Origin: an uncultured Gammaproteobacteria bacterium
GTDB taxonomy: Bacteria; Patescibacteriota; Patescibacteriia; Patescibacteriales; UBA12465
Assembly: GCA_964648205.1 (NCBI GenBank)
Contig: CAZYNT010000001.1
Location: forward strand, 47,765 to 111,764
Length of the DNA stretch: 64,000 bases
Direction: 5' to 3'
Shown here: in pieces, positions 25,603 through 35,392 of the stretch
Layout: each line of letters starts with the position of its first letter
How positions within the stretch are numbered: position 1 is the first letter of the stretch
The notes under the pieces: model-generated
What the model saw: the letters and a program-made list of their open reading frames with translations, nothing else
Databases searched by the model: none
Told to the model about the DNA's origin: nothing
Position numbers and translations under genes: made by a program

Positions 25603-28239
25603 ATGTTCAACAAATTTACTGATAAATCGCAAGAAGCTATCATTAATGCCCAAATAATCGCCTCTTCTTACGGCCAATCTAATATTGAGGCTCTCCATAT
25701 TTTACTCTCTCTGCTCCAGCAAAACGAAAGTTTGATTAAGCCGATACTCGAAAAAATGAAAATTGATCCGGAAATGATTGAAGATCTCACGATTAAGGAG
25801 CTGCAAAAGTTGCCACGCTTGAAAATCAACCCGACGAACGGCCCGGTTCAGGCTGTTTCGGGCACAGCTGAAACGGCCATTATTTTAGAGCGCGCGCAGA
25901 AAGAAGCGGATGGCATGAATGATGAATTTATTTCGACCGAACATATCCTGCTGGCTCTAATCGGCGTCCCTTCCCCGGCCCAAGCCGTTCTTCTCAGTTT
26001 TAAAGTAGAATATAAAAATATTAAAGAAATTTTAAAAGAGTTGCGCGGCGCGCAAACCATAAACGATCCTTACCCCGAAAACAAATACAAGGTCTTGGAA
26101 AAATATACGACCAATCTGACCGAACTGGCCCGCCAAGAGAAACTCGATCCGGTTATTGGCCGCGACTTGGAAATCCGCCGCATCATGCAGGTGCTTCTGC
26201 GCCGCACTAAAAATAATCCTGTCCTAATCGGTGAAGCCGGAACCGGCAAAACCGCCATCGTTGAGGGTCTAGCGCAAAGAATTATCGCCGGCGATGTACC
26301 GGAAAACCTGAAGAATAAGGAAGTCGTGACACTTGATTTGGGCGCTTTAGTAGCCGGGGCAAAATTCCGCGGCGAATTTGAAGACCGCCTTAAAGCCGTT
26401 CTTAAAGAAGTGAAATCGCAAAACGGACGAATCATTTTATTCATCGACGAGCTCCATACTTTAATCGGCGCGGGCGCTTCCGAAGGCTCGATGGACGCTT
26501 CAAATATGCTAAAACCGGCGTTAGCCCGCGGCGAACTGCGCACTATCGGCGCGACAACCACAAAAGAGTACCAAAAATATATTGAACGTGATGCCGCCTT
26601 GGAGAGACGTTTCCAGCCGATTATGGTTAACGAACCGAGCGTTGAAGATACTATCTCAATGCTCCGCGGACTTAAAGAAAAATATGAAGTCCATCATGGC
26701 GTCCGCATTACCGATAACGCGGTCATTGCCGCCGCTAAATTATCCAACCGCTATATCAGCGACCGTTTTTTGCCCGACAAGGCGGTGGACTTGATCGATG
26801 AAGCGACTTCATCGCTCCGTATGGAAATAGATTCGATGCCCGACGAGCTCGACCAGTTAAAACGCAAGATGAACCAGCTTGAATTAAACAAAGCCGGCAT
26901 CATGACAACTGATAAAAAATCCTCCCGGCTTAAAGCCGTCAACCAAGAGCTCGCGAGAATAAAAGAGAGGGCCAACCAGCTGGAACTGCACTGGAATAAT
27001 GAAAAAAATATCATTTCTCAAATCCGCAATTCAAAAAAAGAGATTGAAGATTTAAAAATCCGCGCCGAAATTACTCAGCGCCAAGGCGCCGATCTGACCG
27101 AAGTCGCGAAAATCAAATATGGCTTGATCCCGGAATTAGAAAATAAAATTAAGAAGCTCCAGGATGAATTGATAAAAATCCAAAAAAAAGGACAGCGTAT
27201 TCTAAAAGAAGAAGTTGACGAAGAAGATATTGCTAAAGTTATCGCCCGCTGGACCGGCATTCCGGTAAACCGGATGCTCCAAGATGAAATAACAAAACTG
27301 AGCGAAGCGGAAAATAAGCTGGGCGAAGAGGTGGTCGGGCAAGAAGAAGCAATCAAGGCCGTAGCTAATGCTCTACGCCGCAGCCGCGCCGGCATTAATG
27401 AAGAAAAAAAACCGATCGGATCATTTTTATTTGTCGGACCGACCGGCGTCGGAAAAACTGAACTCGCCAAGGCCCTGGCCACTTTTATGTTCGACGATGA
27501 AAAAGCTCTTATCCGCTTGGACATGAGTGAATTTATGGAGAAGCATTCGGTCGCCAAGCTGATCGGTTCTCCCCCCGGCTATGTCGGACATGACGACGGC
27601 GGCCAATTAACCGATAAGGTGCGGCGGCACCCCTATAGCGTCGTCCTCTTTGACGAAATCGAAAAGGCAAATCCTGATATGTTCAATGTGCTCCTCCAAA
27701 TTCTTGACGATGGACGGCTGACCGATTCTAAAGGACGAACCGTTAATTTTAAAAATACGATTATTATCATGACTTCTAATCTCGGCAATGAAGTTATTAA
27801 ACAGTATTCCATCGGCTTCGCCGATGAGAGCGACAAACAGGCGGCGGCGAAAATGCGCACCGGTGAGATGAAAGAAAAAATCGATAAAATTTTAAAAAAT
27901 CATTTCAAATTAGAATTCCTCAACCGAATCGATGAAATCGTCCTCTTTAGAAGCTTGTCGGGGGCGGCGCTGGAAAAAATTGTCGATCTTGAATTGTTAA
28001 AAGTAGAAAAACGCCTTCATAATAAAAATATCGCGCTCCGCATCAGTCCCAAAGTAAAAAAACTGCTTGCCGAAAAGGGCTATGATATTACTTATGGCGC
28101 CCGCCCCTTGAAGCGCATCATCCAAACCATGATTCTTGATGAACTCGCTTTAGAGATTATAGAAGGCAAAGTTAAAGAGGGCGATAAAGTAAGAATTGAA
28201 CTAGAAGACAAAGAAAAAGTTCTCATCCGTGTTAATTAA
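25603..28239 (+). CDS. clpB: Chaperone ClpB (Hsp104/ClpB disaggregase with coiled-coil middle domain)
   Basis: Start set at ATG 25603 ([13 protein letters not shown]). Both AAA modules have intact Walker A/B ([24 protein letters not shown]). A long coiled-coil M-domain lies between D1 and D2. Confidence 0.95.
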   Translation: MFNKFTDKSQEAIINAQIIASSYGQSNIEALHILLSLLQQNESLIKPILEKMKIDPEMIEDLTIKELQKLPRLKINPTNGPVQAVSGTAETAIILERAQKEADGMNDEFISTEHILLALIGVPSPAQAVLLSFKVEYKNIKEILKELRGAQTINDPYPENKYKVLEKYTTNLTELARQEKLDPVIGRDLEIRRIMQVLLRRTKNNPVLIGEAGTGKTAIVEGLAQRIIAGDVPENLKNKEVVTLDLGALVAGAKFRGEFEDRLKAVLKEVKSQNGRIILFIDELHTLIGAGASEGSMDASNMLKPALARGELRTIGATTTKEYQKYIERDAALERRFQPIMVNEPSVEDTISMLRGLKEKYEVHHGVRITDNAVIAAAKLSNRYISDRFLPDKAVDLIDEATSSLRMEIDSMPDELDQLKRKMNQLELNKAGIMTTDKKSSRLKAVNQELARIKERANQLELHWNNEKNIISQIRNSKKEIEDLKIRAEITQRQGADLTEVAKIKYGLIPELENKIKKLQDELIKIQKKGQRILKEEVDEEDIAKVIARWTGIPVNRMLQDEITKLSEAENKLGEEVVGQEEAIKAVANALRRSRAGINEEKKPIGSFLFVGPTGVGKTELAKALATFMFDDEKALIRLDMSEFMEKHSVAKLIGSPPGYVGHDDGGQLTDKVRRHPYSVVLFDEIEKANPDMFNVLLQILDDGRLTDSKGRTVNFKNTIIIMTSNLGNEVIKQYSIGFADESDKQAAAKMRTGEMKEKIDKILKNHFKLEFLNRIDEIVLFRSLSGAALEKIVDLELLKVEKRLHNKNIALRISPKVKKLLAEKGYDITYGARPLKRIIQTMILDELALEIIEGKVKEGDKVRIELEDKEKVLIRVN

Positions 28240-28256
28240 ACCGACTTGAACTAATG

Positions 28257-28288
28257 AAAAACCTGCCTTTCGGGGGCAGGTTTTTTTG
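28257..28288. terminator. Bidirectional intrinsic terminator between clpB and the convergent membrane-protein gene
   Basis: ACCTGCCTTTCGGGGGCAGGT is flanked by an A-run upstream and a T-run downstream. Confidence 0.75.
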
Positions 28289-28290
28289 TA

Positions 28291-28803
28291 TTAAATGAAC
28301 CAGATAAATTCCAGCCAGGCCAGCAAGCCCGTGATAATAATCTGGAACAAATTAATAAAATACAATTTCCCGGCGGCGATTGAGAGCGCGCGGCATAAAA
28401 CGAAACTGACAAGCGGCGGGATGGTCAGCGCAAACCAGGCGATTATTTCCGACCAGAAGCCAAGCTGATCGCTCAAATATTCATCGTAAAGCCAGAAGGC
28501 CAGGATGAGCCCGATGAGCGTCATAACTAGCGGTATAACTCCGGCAATCACGTTTCTCTCCTGGTCATACATGGAGCCGAGAGTAATAACCAGCGTCATA
28601 AAAAAAATATAAACTGCGGAAAAAAATAACAGCGTTCCGGCCATTGCGCTTAAAGTGGTGGATTCACGGGAGACAAAAAGCCCGCAAATAACCGCACTAA
28701 AAACAAGGGCTACCAGATTGAATTTGAAATAACGCTTGGTAACTGCGTTTAAAGATTGGATTTTAGCTTTGAGAGTTTCTCTCTCATTAAAGTTTGGCTT
28801 CAT
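28291..28803 (-). CDS. Hypothetical membrane protein
   Basis: 170 aa with 4-5 hydrophobic helices. Confidence 0.5.
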   Translation of the reverse strand: MKPNFNERETLKAKIQSLNAVTKRYFKFNLVALVFSAVICGLFVSRESTTLSAMAGTLLFFSAVYIFFMTLVITLGSMYDQERNVIAGVIPLVMTLIGLILAFWLYDEYLSDQLGFWSEIIAWFALTIPPLVSFVLCRALSIAAGKLYFINLFQIIITGLLAWLEFIWFI

Positions 28804-28972
28804 GAGGCAGGGTTTATTTGGTTTATACTGTATTTAAAAAGAACTTTTTTTATTTTAAGGTTTAATAAATTTATCCTTAAAATTATCATAGCATTTAACC
28901 TCTTTTTTAATTTCTTGTCAAGAAAACTTTATCCCCTTTGTCTCAAAACGAAAATTATATTATAATGTAACC

Positions 28973-30439
28973 ATGAAAACAAAAAAAATAATCACTCTTT
29001 TTTTATTTTGCCTGGTTATCCCCTGGCCGGCGGTCGCGCAAACAGAAATCGATCCTAATTTCAACCCCAACAAAATCATCGAGGATGGCGACCTTTTGAA
29101 TTATGATGCCATGAGCCTGCCTGATATCCAAAATTTCTTACAAAGTAAAAATAGCTACCTGGCTAATTATATAACCAGCAATGCGCACGGCACCGCAAAG
29201 TCAGCCGCGGAAATTATCTACGATGCCAGCCATAATAATTATGACTGCGAGGGCATAGCTTTAAGCGAAGCGCCGACAGAACTTGAAAAGCAGCAAAAAT
29301 GCCGAAAGATTACTACGGTCAATCCAAAATTTTTGCTTATCCTTTTACAGAAAGAGGCCAGTTTGATTGAAGATTCGAACCCGCCGCAAGCCCGCCTTGA
29401 TTGGGCGACCGGCTATGGCTGCCCTGACGGCTGGGTCTGCAACCCTTACTATAAAGGATTCGGCAAACAAGTTAACAGCGCCGCCCTGCAATTTCTCGCC
29501 TACATGAACGAACAGGATCACTATACTTATAAAGCCGGCCAAACATACACTTTTTCTAATCCTTACGGCACCATCTCCAAAGAACCGATAGTAGTCACGC
29601 CGCTTAACAAAGCTACGGCGGCTCTTTATAACTATACCCCCCATGTCTTTAACGGAAATTATAACGTCTATAAGCTTTGGAATCGTTATTTCCCAAAAGG
29701 AAATGCTATTATGTACCCAGACGGCTCTATCTTGCAAGTTAAGGGCGACCCGGGCATCTGGCTAATCGAAAACGGAAAAAAGAGGCCATTCTTAAATTAC
29801 TCCGCTTTTGTCTCCCGCTTCAAAACCGACCAAATCATTACGATTGGCGAGGACGAACTTGATAATTATGCTCCCGGCGAGGCGATAAAATTTGCCAACT
29901 ATTCTTTGGTCCAAACTCCGGATAAAACAATTTATTTGCTGGTCGATAAAGAAAAAAGACCATTCGCCAGTTTGGCTGTCTTTAAAAAAATCGGCTTCAA
30001 CCCTGAAGAAATTGAAAAAGCCAGCAGCTCCGATCTAACAATTTATACTACCGGCAAACCGATTACCGCCACTTCGACTTATGTAACCGGCGTCTTAATG
30101 CAAGACACAAAAACGGGCGGAGTTTTTTATGTCGTCGATGGAACCAAGGCGCCACTCACCGATAAAATACTCCTATCCACAAAATTTAAAGGCAAAAAAA
30201 TAATCAAAGCGACTACTAAAACCCTTAATACTTACACCAAGGTCGACCCGGTTATGTTTGATGACGGCACCTTGGTCAAAACTGACAGCTTCCCGACCGT
30301 TTATTTAATTTCCAATAAGCAAAAAAGACCGTTCGCCAGCGAAGAGATTTTTAATAAACTCGGCTATAATTCTAAAAATATCATCTCCGTCTCCTCAAAA
30401 TTCTTATATAATTACACCCAGGGAGAAACGATAAAATAA
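28973..30439 (+). CDS. Secreted protein with four internal ~60-aa repeats
   Basis: Signal peptide MKTKKIITLFLFCLVIPWPAVAQ. Repeated modules of the form (I/V)YL(L/I)xxxxKRPF(A/L)SxxxFxKxG(F/Y). Confidence 0.55.
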   Translation: MKTKKIITLFLFCLVIPWPAVAQTEIDPNFNPNKIIEDGDLLNYDAMSLPDIQNFLQSKNSYLANYITSNAHGTAKSAAEIIYDASHNNYDCEGIALSEAPTELEKQQKCRKITTVNPKFLLILLQKEASLIEDSNPPQARLDWATGYGCPDGWVCNPYYKGFGKQVNSAALQFLAYMNEQDHYTYKAGQTYTFSNPYGTISKEPIVVTPLNKATAALYNYTPHVFNGNYNVYKLWNRYFPKGNAIMYPDGSILQVKGDPGIWLIENGKKRPFLNYSAFVSRFKTDQIITIGEDELDNYAPGEAIKFANYSLVQTPDKTIYLLVDKEKRPFASLAVFKKIGFNPEEIEKASSSDLTIYTTGKPITATSTYVTGVLMQDTKTGGVFYVVDGTKAPLTDKILLSTKFKGKKIIKATTKTLNTYTKVDPVMFDDGTLVKTDSFPTVYLISNKQKRPFASEEIFNKLGYNSKNIISVSSKFLYNYTQGETIK

Positions 30440-30485
30440 GTTTTGCCCGATACCTGAAAAAATATCGCCTCAAAATAAAAAAAAC

Positions 30486-30512
30486 TCCGATACGTCGGGG
30501 TTTTTTATTAGA
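30486..30512 (+). terminator. Intrinsic terminator after the secreted repeat protein
   Basis: CTCCGATACGTCGGGG followed by TTTTTTATT. Confidence 0.55.
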
Positions 30513-30601
30513 TTAAAATATAATATATTTTTAATATACTGTCAACTTCTCTAAAGAGATTAATTATACTATACTAAAAATACCTAAAAATAACAAAATT
30601 T

Positions 30602-31399
30602 ATGGCTCTAATTAAAACCATGATCCTCCCCCATTCTCCCCTATTGATTCCGGAAATCGGCCGAGCTAATTATAATTTTCTTGATAAAACCGTTAACGCT
30701 TATAAGCAAGTTGGGGAAAGTTTGAAAAATCTTGAAATCGACACTCTAGTTATTATTAGTCCCCATGGTCTATCCCAAGATAATGCTTTTACTGTCAATG
30801 TTGCTCCGGAAATGACTATTAATTTGCAAGACTTCGGCTTTATCCCTCCGAAAACGATTTTAAAAGGAGACTCTCTTTTAGCCGATCAGATTAAGAATGC
30901 TCTCCATAATGAATTTCCGCTTCAATTAATCTCCGAGAGTATTTTAGATTACGGCAGCGCTATCCCGACATATATTTTGAAAGCTCTGACGCCCAGTTTC
31001 AAAATCATCATCCTTACCCCCGCCAGCGGCTTAAGCCTTGAAGAACATTTTAAATTAGGCGAAAATCTTAAAAAAATCCTTGAATCAAGCAATAAAAGAA
31101 TTGCCGTCTTAGCTTCAAGCGACCTGTCTCATCGCCTTAAAAGAAAATCACCTGGCGGCTATTCGCCCAAAGGCGCCAAATTTGATAACAAATTAATCGA
31201 ATATTTAAGCGAACCAAAAACAGCGGCGGAAAATATATTAAAAATGGACACCAATTTTATAAAGGACGCGGGTGAATGCGGCTTAAAGCCGATAGTGATT
31301 TTGCTGGGTATTTTAGAAGATAAAAACACTAAGCCGCGTATCTTGTCTTACCAGACAGATTTCGGAATCGGCTATCTGAGCCTCGAGCTTGAATTCTAA
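30602..31399 (+). CDS. MEMO1 / AmmeMemoRadiSam system protein B-like (class III extradiol dioxygenase fold)
   Basis: ILPHSPLL and IISPHG His motifs, SSDLSHRL, and GECGLKP near the C-terminus, matching the MEMO1 family pattern. Confidence 0.55.
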   Translation: MALIKTMILPHSPLLIPEIGRANYNFLDKTVNAYKQVGESLKNLEIDTLVIISPHGLSQDNAFTVNVAPEMTINLQDFGFIPPKTILKGDSLLADQIKNALHNEFPLQLISESILDYGSAIPTYILKALTPSFKIIILTPASGLSLEEHFKLGENLKKILESSNKRIAVLASSDLSHRLKRKSPGGYSPKGAKFDNKLIEYLSEPKTAAENILKMDTNFIKDAGECGLKPIVILLGILEDKNTKPRILSYQTDFGIGYLSLELEF

Positions 31400-31697
31400 T
31401 TTCCTAGTTTTCAGCTTTATGAGCGAAGATAAATTTATGAGCGAAGATAAATTTCAATCTTTTGCGGACATAATAAAAATGAAACCAAAGATAAAAGCTC
31501 CCGCCTATCCTTGGCAGGATCTCGCTTTGCGTATTATAAAAGAATTAAATATCCCCAATTTCAAGCGCGCCGCGGTTTTTAAAGTTTGCCGGGACCTGCC
31601 CGCCCATAAAGTTTCGCTTGCCCTTAACGACACCAAGGAGCTCTGCAAAGCCGGAGCCGCTTGGAAATATTTTTTCAAAATCATCGATCAAAAATAA
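31389..31697 (+). CDS. Hypothetical small protein (contains a 15-bp tandem duplication FMSEDKFMSEDKF)
   Basis: 102 aa ORF. The repeat TTTATGAGCGAAGATAAA x2 is at 31427-31456. Confidence 0.35.
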   Translation: MNSNFLVFSFMSEDKFMSEDKFQSFADIIKMKPKIKAPAYPWQDLALRIIKELNIPNFKRAAVFKVCRDLPAHKVSLALNDTKELCKAGAAWKYFFKIIDQK

Positions 31698-31701
31698 TTT
31701 T

Positions 31702-32181
31702 ATGCCCAAGCAATTAGAAATATTAATAAATCCTCATCCGATTCTGCGGAAAAAGTCAGCGCCGCTTGACGAAGCAAAAATCTTAAAACCGGAATTCCAA
31801 TCCTTTTTGGCCGACATGGCCGAAACAATGATAAAAAAAGACGGCGCCGGCTTAGCTGCTCCGCAAATCGGCCAGAATATCCGCGTCGTGGTTATCCATT
31901 ATGAAAACCGAACTTTATTCCTTATCAACCCGCAAATAACCAAAAAATCCTGGGCCAAAGAAATAGAGGAAGAGGGCTGCCTGTCAGTGCTTGATGAAAA
32001 AGGCGAAATAATTTACGCGCCGGTCGAACGCCATAAAAAAGTAAACTGCGTCTATATTGATGAAAAAGGCGAAAAGAAAAAAATTATCGCCGAAAAATTA
32101 TTAGCGCGCATCATCCAGCACGAGCTCGACCATCTGGACGGAGTTTTATTCATCGACAAAATCACCAAAAATAAAAAATAA
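31702..32181 (+). CDS. def: Peptide deformylase
   Basis: GxGLAAPQ, EGCLS and HELDHLDG motifs. Start set at the second Met (MPKQLEIL), 4 nt after the upstream stop. Confidence 0.9.
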   Translation: MPKQLEILINPHPILRKKSAPLDEAKILKPEFQSFLADMAETMIKKDGAGLAAPQIGQNIRVVVIHYENRTLFLINPQITKKSWAKEIEEEGCLSVLDEKGEIIYAPVERHKKVNCVYIDEKGEKKKIIAEKLLARIIQHELDHLDGVLFIDKITKNKK

Positions 32182-32184
32182 ATT

Positions 32185-33129
32185 ATGCCTGATTCAAAAA
32201 GCGACAAAAAAATTCGCACTATTTTCATGGGAACGCCCGAGTTTTCCCTGCCCGGATTGGCGAGTTTGATTGCTTCTGCGAATTTTGAAATTGTCGGCAT
32301 TTTTACGCAACCCGATAAGCCGTTCGGACGCAATCAAATATTAACTCCGCCCCCAATAAAAGACCTGGCCTTAAAGCATAATTTAAAAATATTCCAACCA
32401 CTAAAAATAAGATCGGAAATTGAAACCATTAAAAATTTACAGCCCGATCTAATCGTGGTCATCGCTTACGGAAAAATTATTCCGCCAGAAATTTTAAGCA
32501 TTCCAAAATACTCTTGCATTAATGTTCATGCTTCCCTTTTGCCTCGTTACCGCGGTGCCGCCTGTCTGAACGCTCCGATCTTAAACGGCGACGGAGAAAC
32601 CGGGGTCACAATCATGCAAATGGAAGCCGGCCTTGATACCGGGCCGATTCTCAGGCAAGAAGCGATTAAACTAACGGGCGCGGAAACTTTGGAAACAGTC
32701 CACGACGAATTATCCACTCTGAGCGCTAAATTGTTAGTCCCAACTCTAAATGATTTTATTGCCGGAAAAATTACTCCGCAAATCCAAGATGATTCCCGAG
32801 CCAGCTATATCAAAACTTTAAAAAAGGAGGACGGTAAAATTGATTGGGCTAGACCGGCGCTTGAAATCGAAAGAATGGTGCGCGCTTACAACCCCTGGCC
32901 GGGAACTTACACCGTAAGCAACGGCAAGACAATAAAGCTGATATCGGTCGACCATGAAATTTTTAAATCAAATAATCATAAAACTGGAGAATCTTTCTTG
33001 GCCGATGGCCGCTTGGCCATCCAGTGTGGACAAGATTCTTTGGTTATATTAAAATTACAACTTGAGGGTAAAAAAATGATGGAGAGCGCCGAATTCTTGC
33101 GCGGTCACAAAATTGGTCCCTTCGTCTAA
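32185..33129 (+). CDS. fmt: Methionyl-tRNA formyltransferase
   Basis: Formyltransferase N-terminal domain (HASLLPRYRGAAC) and C-terminal domain. The last 5 codons and the stop lie inside a copy of the tRNA-Glu 5' end. Confidence 0.9.
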   Translation: MPDSKSDKKIRTIFMGTPEFSLPGLASLIASANFEIVGIFTQPDKPFGRNQILTPPPIKDLALKHNLKIFQPLKIRSEIETIKNLQPDLIVVIAYGKIIPPEILSIPKYSCINVHASLLPRYRGAACLNAPILNGDGETGVTIMQMEAGLDTGPILRQEAIKLTGAETLETVHDELSTLSAKLLVPTLNDFIAGKITPQIQDDSRASYIKTLKKEDGKIDWARPALEIERMVRAYNPWPGTYTVSNGKTIKLISVDHEIFKSNNHKTGESFLADGRLAIQCGQDSLVILKLQLEGKKMMESAEFLRGHKIGPFV

Positions 33130-33136
33130 CGGTTAG
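33113..33136 (+). repeat. Direct repeat copy 1: 24 nt identical to the 5' end of the tRNA-Glu gene (TTGGTCCCTTCGTCTAACGGTTAG)
   Basis: Exact 24/24 match to 33428-33451. It overlaps the fmt stop codon. Confidence 0.85.
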
Positions 33137-33179
33137 CTCGCCTCGCTTCGCTCCGGCGAAGCGGGGGCGCCAGATTGAT

Positions 33180-33425
33180 ATGTATAAAATTTACTGGCTA
33201 ATAAACGAAACTAAAGATAAAAGCTATATAGGCTTCACTAATAATTTAGAGCAACGGCTGCAAGAACATCGCTAAGGCAAAACTAAAACAACAAAAAACT
33301 TTGGCAAATTTTCTTTCTCTATCCTAGAAGAAGCAAACAATATAAATGAAGCCAGAAAAATGGAAAAATATTGGAAATCTGGCGGTGGAAGAAAAAAATT
33401 AAAAACAAAATTTAAATTAATATAA
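33180..33425 (+). pseudogene. GIY-YIG nuclease (YhbQ/UPF0213-like) interrupted by an in-frame TAA at 33273-33275
   Basis: N-terminal part MYKIYWLINETKDKSYIGFTNNLEQRLQEHR, then a stop, then in the same frame GKTKTTKNF...EARKMEKYWKSGGGRKKL. Read through, the two halves form a complete GIY-YIG / YhbQ-type protein. Confidence 0.6.
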
Positions 33426-33427
33426 AT

Positions 33428-33451
33428 TTGGTCCCTTCGTCTAACGGTTAG
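33428..33451 (+). repeat. Direct repeat copy 2 (start of the intact tRNA-Glu)
   Basis: Identical 24-mer. Confidence 0.85.
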
Positions 33452-33501
33452 GACGCCAGGTTCTCATCCTGGTAACAGGGGTTCGATTCCCCTAGGGACT
33501 A
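33430..33501 (+). tRNA. tRNA-Glu (anticodon CTC)
   Basis: GGTCCCT acceptor, D arm GTCTAACGGTTAGGAC, anticodon loop TTCTCAT, T arm AGGGGTTCGATTCCCCT. Closely resembles E. coli tRNA-Glu. Confidence 0.8.
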
Positions 33502-33507
33502 CTAACT

Positions 33508-33540
33508 AAAAACATCCAGTGAATACTGGATGTTTTTAGT
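33508..33540 (+). terminator. Intrinsic terminator after tRNA-Glu
   Basis: AAAAACATCCAGTGAATACTGGATGTTTTTAG: a 9-bp stem followed by a T-run. Confidence 0.75.
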
Positions 33541-33544
33541 TAAT

Positions 33545-33760
33545 AATTCGCAACTAGGGGAAGCGAACAGACGGCGAGCCTGCCTACCGGCAGGCAGGCG
33601 AGGCTCGAGTTCGAGTAGAGCGAGAGAGGATGAGCGACGATAAACGCGAGTTGGCGAGCGTTTAGCGGGTCCGTTAAGGGCAACGAGCGGCGCCGAATCA
33701 GGCGTCGTGAGGTGGAATCCACCTAGAGACTAGAGATAAAAATATCTCGTAAGGGTATTC
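33545..33760. other. GC-rich structured ~215-bp element of unknown function at the tRNA-proximal end of a low-GC island
   Basis: About 60% GC against an AT-rich background. Hairpins CCTGCCTACCGGCAGG (nested in CGAGCC...GGCTCG), GGTGGAATCCACC and GAGATAAAAATATCTC. No credible ORF; the 60-aa minus-strand ORF is rejected. Confidence 0.3.
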
Positions 33761-33766
33761 TTTTAA

Positions 33767-34420
33767 TTATTTCTCTAAAATTAATTCTCCGTTTTTAAGT
33801 GCTTGATCATGAGAGGGACAAGTTGGCCATGGGCGATCCAATACATCTTCAGAATCAAAAAGGAATATGAAACAATCACCAGGAGGAACTTTGCCGTAAT
33901 TATTTGTTAAAATATAATCCTTATCTTTCCAAATAATTCGTGAATAAATAGACCACGGATCAGTCCCAGTCTCAACTCGATGATGTATAACATGAAGACT
34001 AGCCTCTTTGCCATTGCACATATCCCCGGGATGAAACTCACGCACACCCTTCTCGGTTTGCAGATAAAGATTAGATTTATAGTCTGGCGCGTATTCTATA
34101 ATACTACTACCAATTGCCTCAAAAAATGAACTTAATAAAACATACTCATTATTTATAACAAAACCGTCGGCAATAACACTGCCTGATTTACTATGCGCGA
34201 ACAGACCGCCCCTTTTTGTTTTAAGAGCTTCTTCATCTACTTTTAAAAAAATCTCCTCACCACAAGCAAATATACGATAATCAACTCTTGATAAAAGTCT
34301 TTCCATTCCTTTGCTTTTCTCTTTATTTTTTAATACAAAAAATATACTTATGAAAATAATTAATACCGCCAAAAAGCATAAAATCCCAAATTTATAAATA
34401 TGGTTTTTTATTAATTTCAT
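33767..34420 (-). CDS. Hypothetical membrane-anchored protein (single N-terminal TM, extracytoplasmic domain); possible immunity-like partner of the upstream gene
   Basis: 217 aa with N-terminal hydrophobic helix FGILCFLAVLIIFISIFFVL. The start is 3 nt after the upstream gene's stop. Confidence 0.45.
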   Translation of the reverse strand: MKLIKNHIYKFGILCFLAVLIIFISIFFVLKNKEKSKGMERLLSRVDYRIFACGEEIFLKVDEEALKTKRGGLFAHSKSGSVIADGFVINNEYVLLSSFFEAIGSSIIEYAPDYKSNLYLQTEKGVREFHPGDMCNGKEASLHVIHHRVETGTDPWSIYSRIIWKDKDYILTNNYGKVPPGDCFIFLFDSEDVLDRPWPTCPSHDQALKNGELILEK

Positions 34421-34422
34421 AT

Positions 34423-35382
34423 TTAATCAATAACTTCAAGCTCGCCCACGCTTAGAAAATCTCCTTTGCGCGCTTTGATTAATTTATCATAGATCTCATT
34501 CCATTTTTCAATTTCAATTATTGTGATACAGCCAAGCGAAACTCTGCCTGTATGTAAATATCTTTCTCCTTCATGCCCGATTCTAAACCAACTCATCGCC
34601 CTCAGTGCCCTCTTCTCATAATTCCGTCCTTTAGGATGCGGATAATCAGGCAATTCAATGTCATACCAACCTTTTTCCCATGGCGATTCAGGATAATCTG
34701 TAACTTGATATTTTTTATTACCAATAATCAGTTTCTTTTGAGAGGTGGAATATTGCAGATGAATTAAAGACTCATGCTTTACGTCTATTAAAAGACGGGA
34801 ATTACCATTGTTTAGGCTGACAGAGGCTTTTTGATTTTTATATAAACCCTCTAACACCATAAAATATTCCCGCCCGCTTTCAATATATTCTGATTGTACT
34901 TTTAAAAAGGCGGGAAGAGAAACCGTCTCACCACCCGTTATCTTAACTTTAAGCCAGCCATTATCAACATCAGGGATATATCTTACCGTTTTCGTAACCA
35001 AAGCTTCAATCGTAACTTCAAAAAGAGCGGCGGACTTGCCCCACGTCTTGCCAAAACGATTTTCACGAAGTTCAATATTATAGGTGAAATTTTGCTGCTT
35101 AACGTTATCCGTATCAACTTTAATTATCTTTTCTATTTTTCCGATATCGTTAAATAATATATCTTTTTCTAAAACGATGATTTTTACTTTGGCAGAAAAT
35201 GTTTTCTGGTCAGAAGAAAAATCGCCTATCACTTGATTAAATTCGGCGGTTTTTCTATCCCGCATCCTTTTATCAGCGTGAAAAATTTTATCCAATAATT
35301 CTATATCAATATGGATGTCGTTGCCAATTGATTTACCTGTATATTTTATTTTTATAAGTTTGAATTGAATTTTTTTAAGCAT
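34423..35382 (-). CDS. Hypothetical protein with a C-terminal L,D-transpeptidase-like (YkuD/Tlde1-like) His...Cys motif
   Basis: No signal peptide. C-terminal FRIGHEGERYLHTGRVSLGCITI resembles the YkuD catalytic segment (compare IHGT...SHGCIRM) in both spacing and residues. Confidence 0.45.
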   Translation of the reverse strand: MLKKIQFKLIKIKYTGKSIGNDIHIDIELLDKIFHADKRMRDRKTAEFNQVIGDFSSDQKTFSAKVKIIVLEKDILFNDIGKIEKIIKVDTDNVKQQNFTYNIELRENRFGKTWGKSAALFEVTIEALVTKTVRYIPDVDNGWLKVKITGGETVSLPAFLKVQSEYIESGREYFMVLEGLYKNQKASVSLNNGNSRLLIDVKHESLIHLQYSTSQKKLIIGNKKYQVTDYPESPWEKGWYDIELPDYPHPKGRNYEKRALRAMSWFRIGHEGERYLHTGRVSLGCITIIEIEKWNEIYDKLIKARKGDFLSVGELEVID

Positions 35383-35392
35383 ACAGATTTTT

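Noticed and set aside
33540-33722. 60-aa minus-strand ORF inside the GC-rich element
   Set aside because: Ser/Leu/Arg-rich low-complexity translation of GC-rich structured DNA. No start context. Treated as non-coding.
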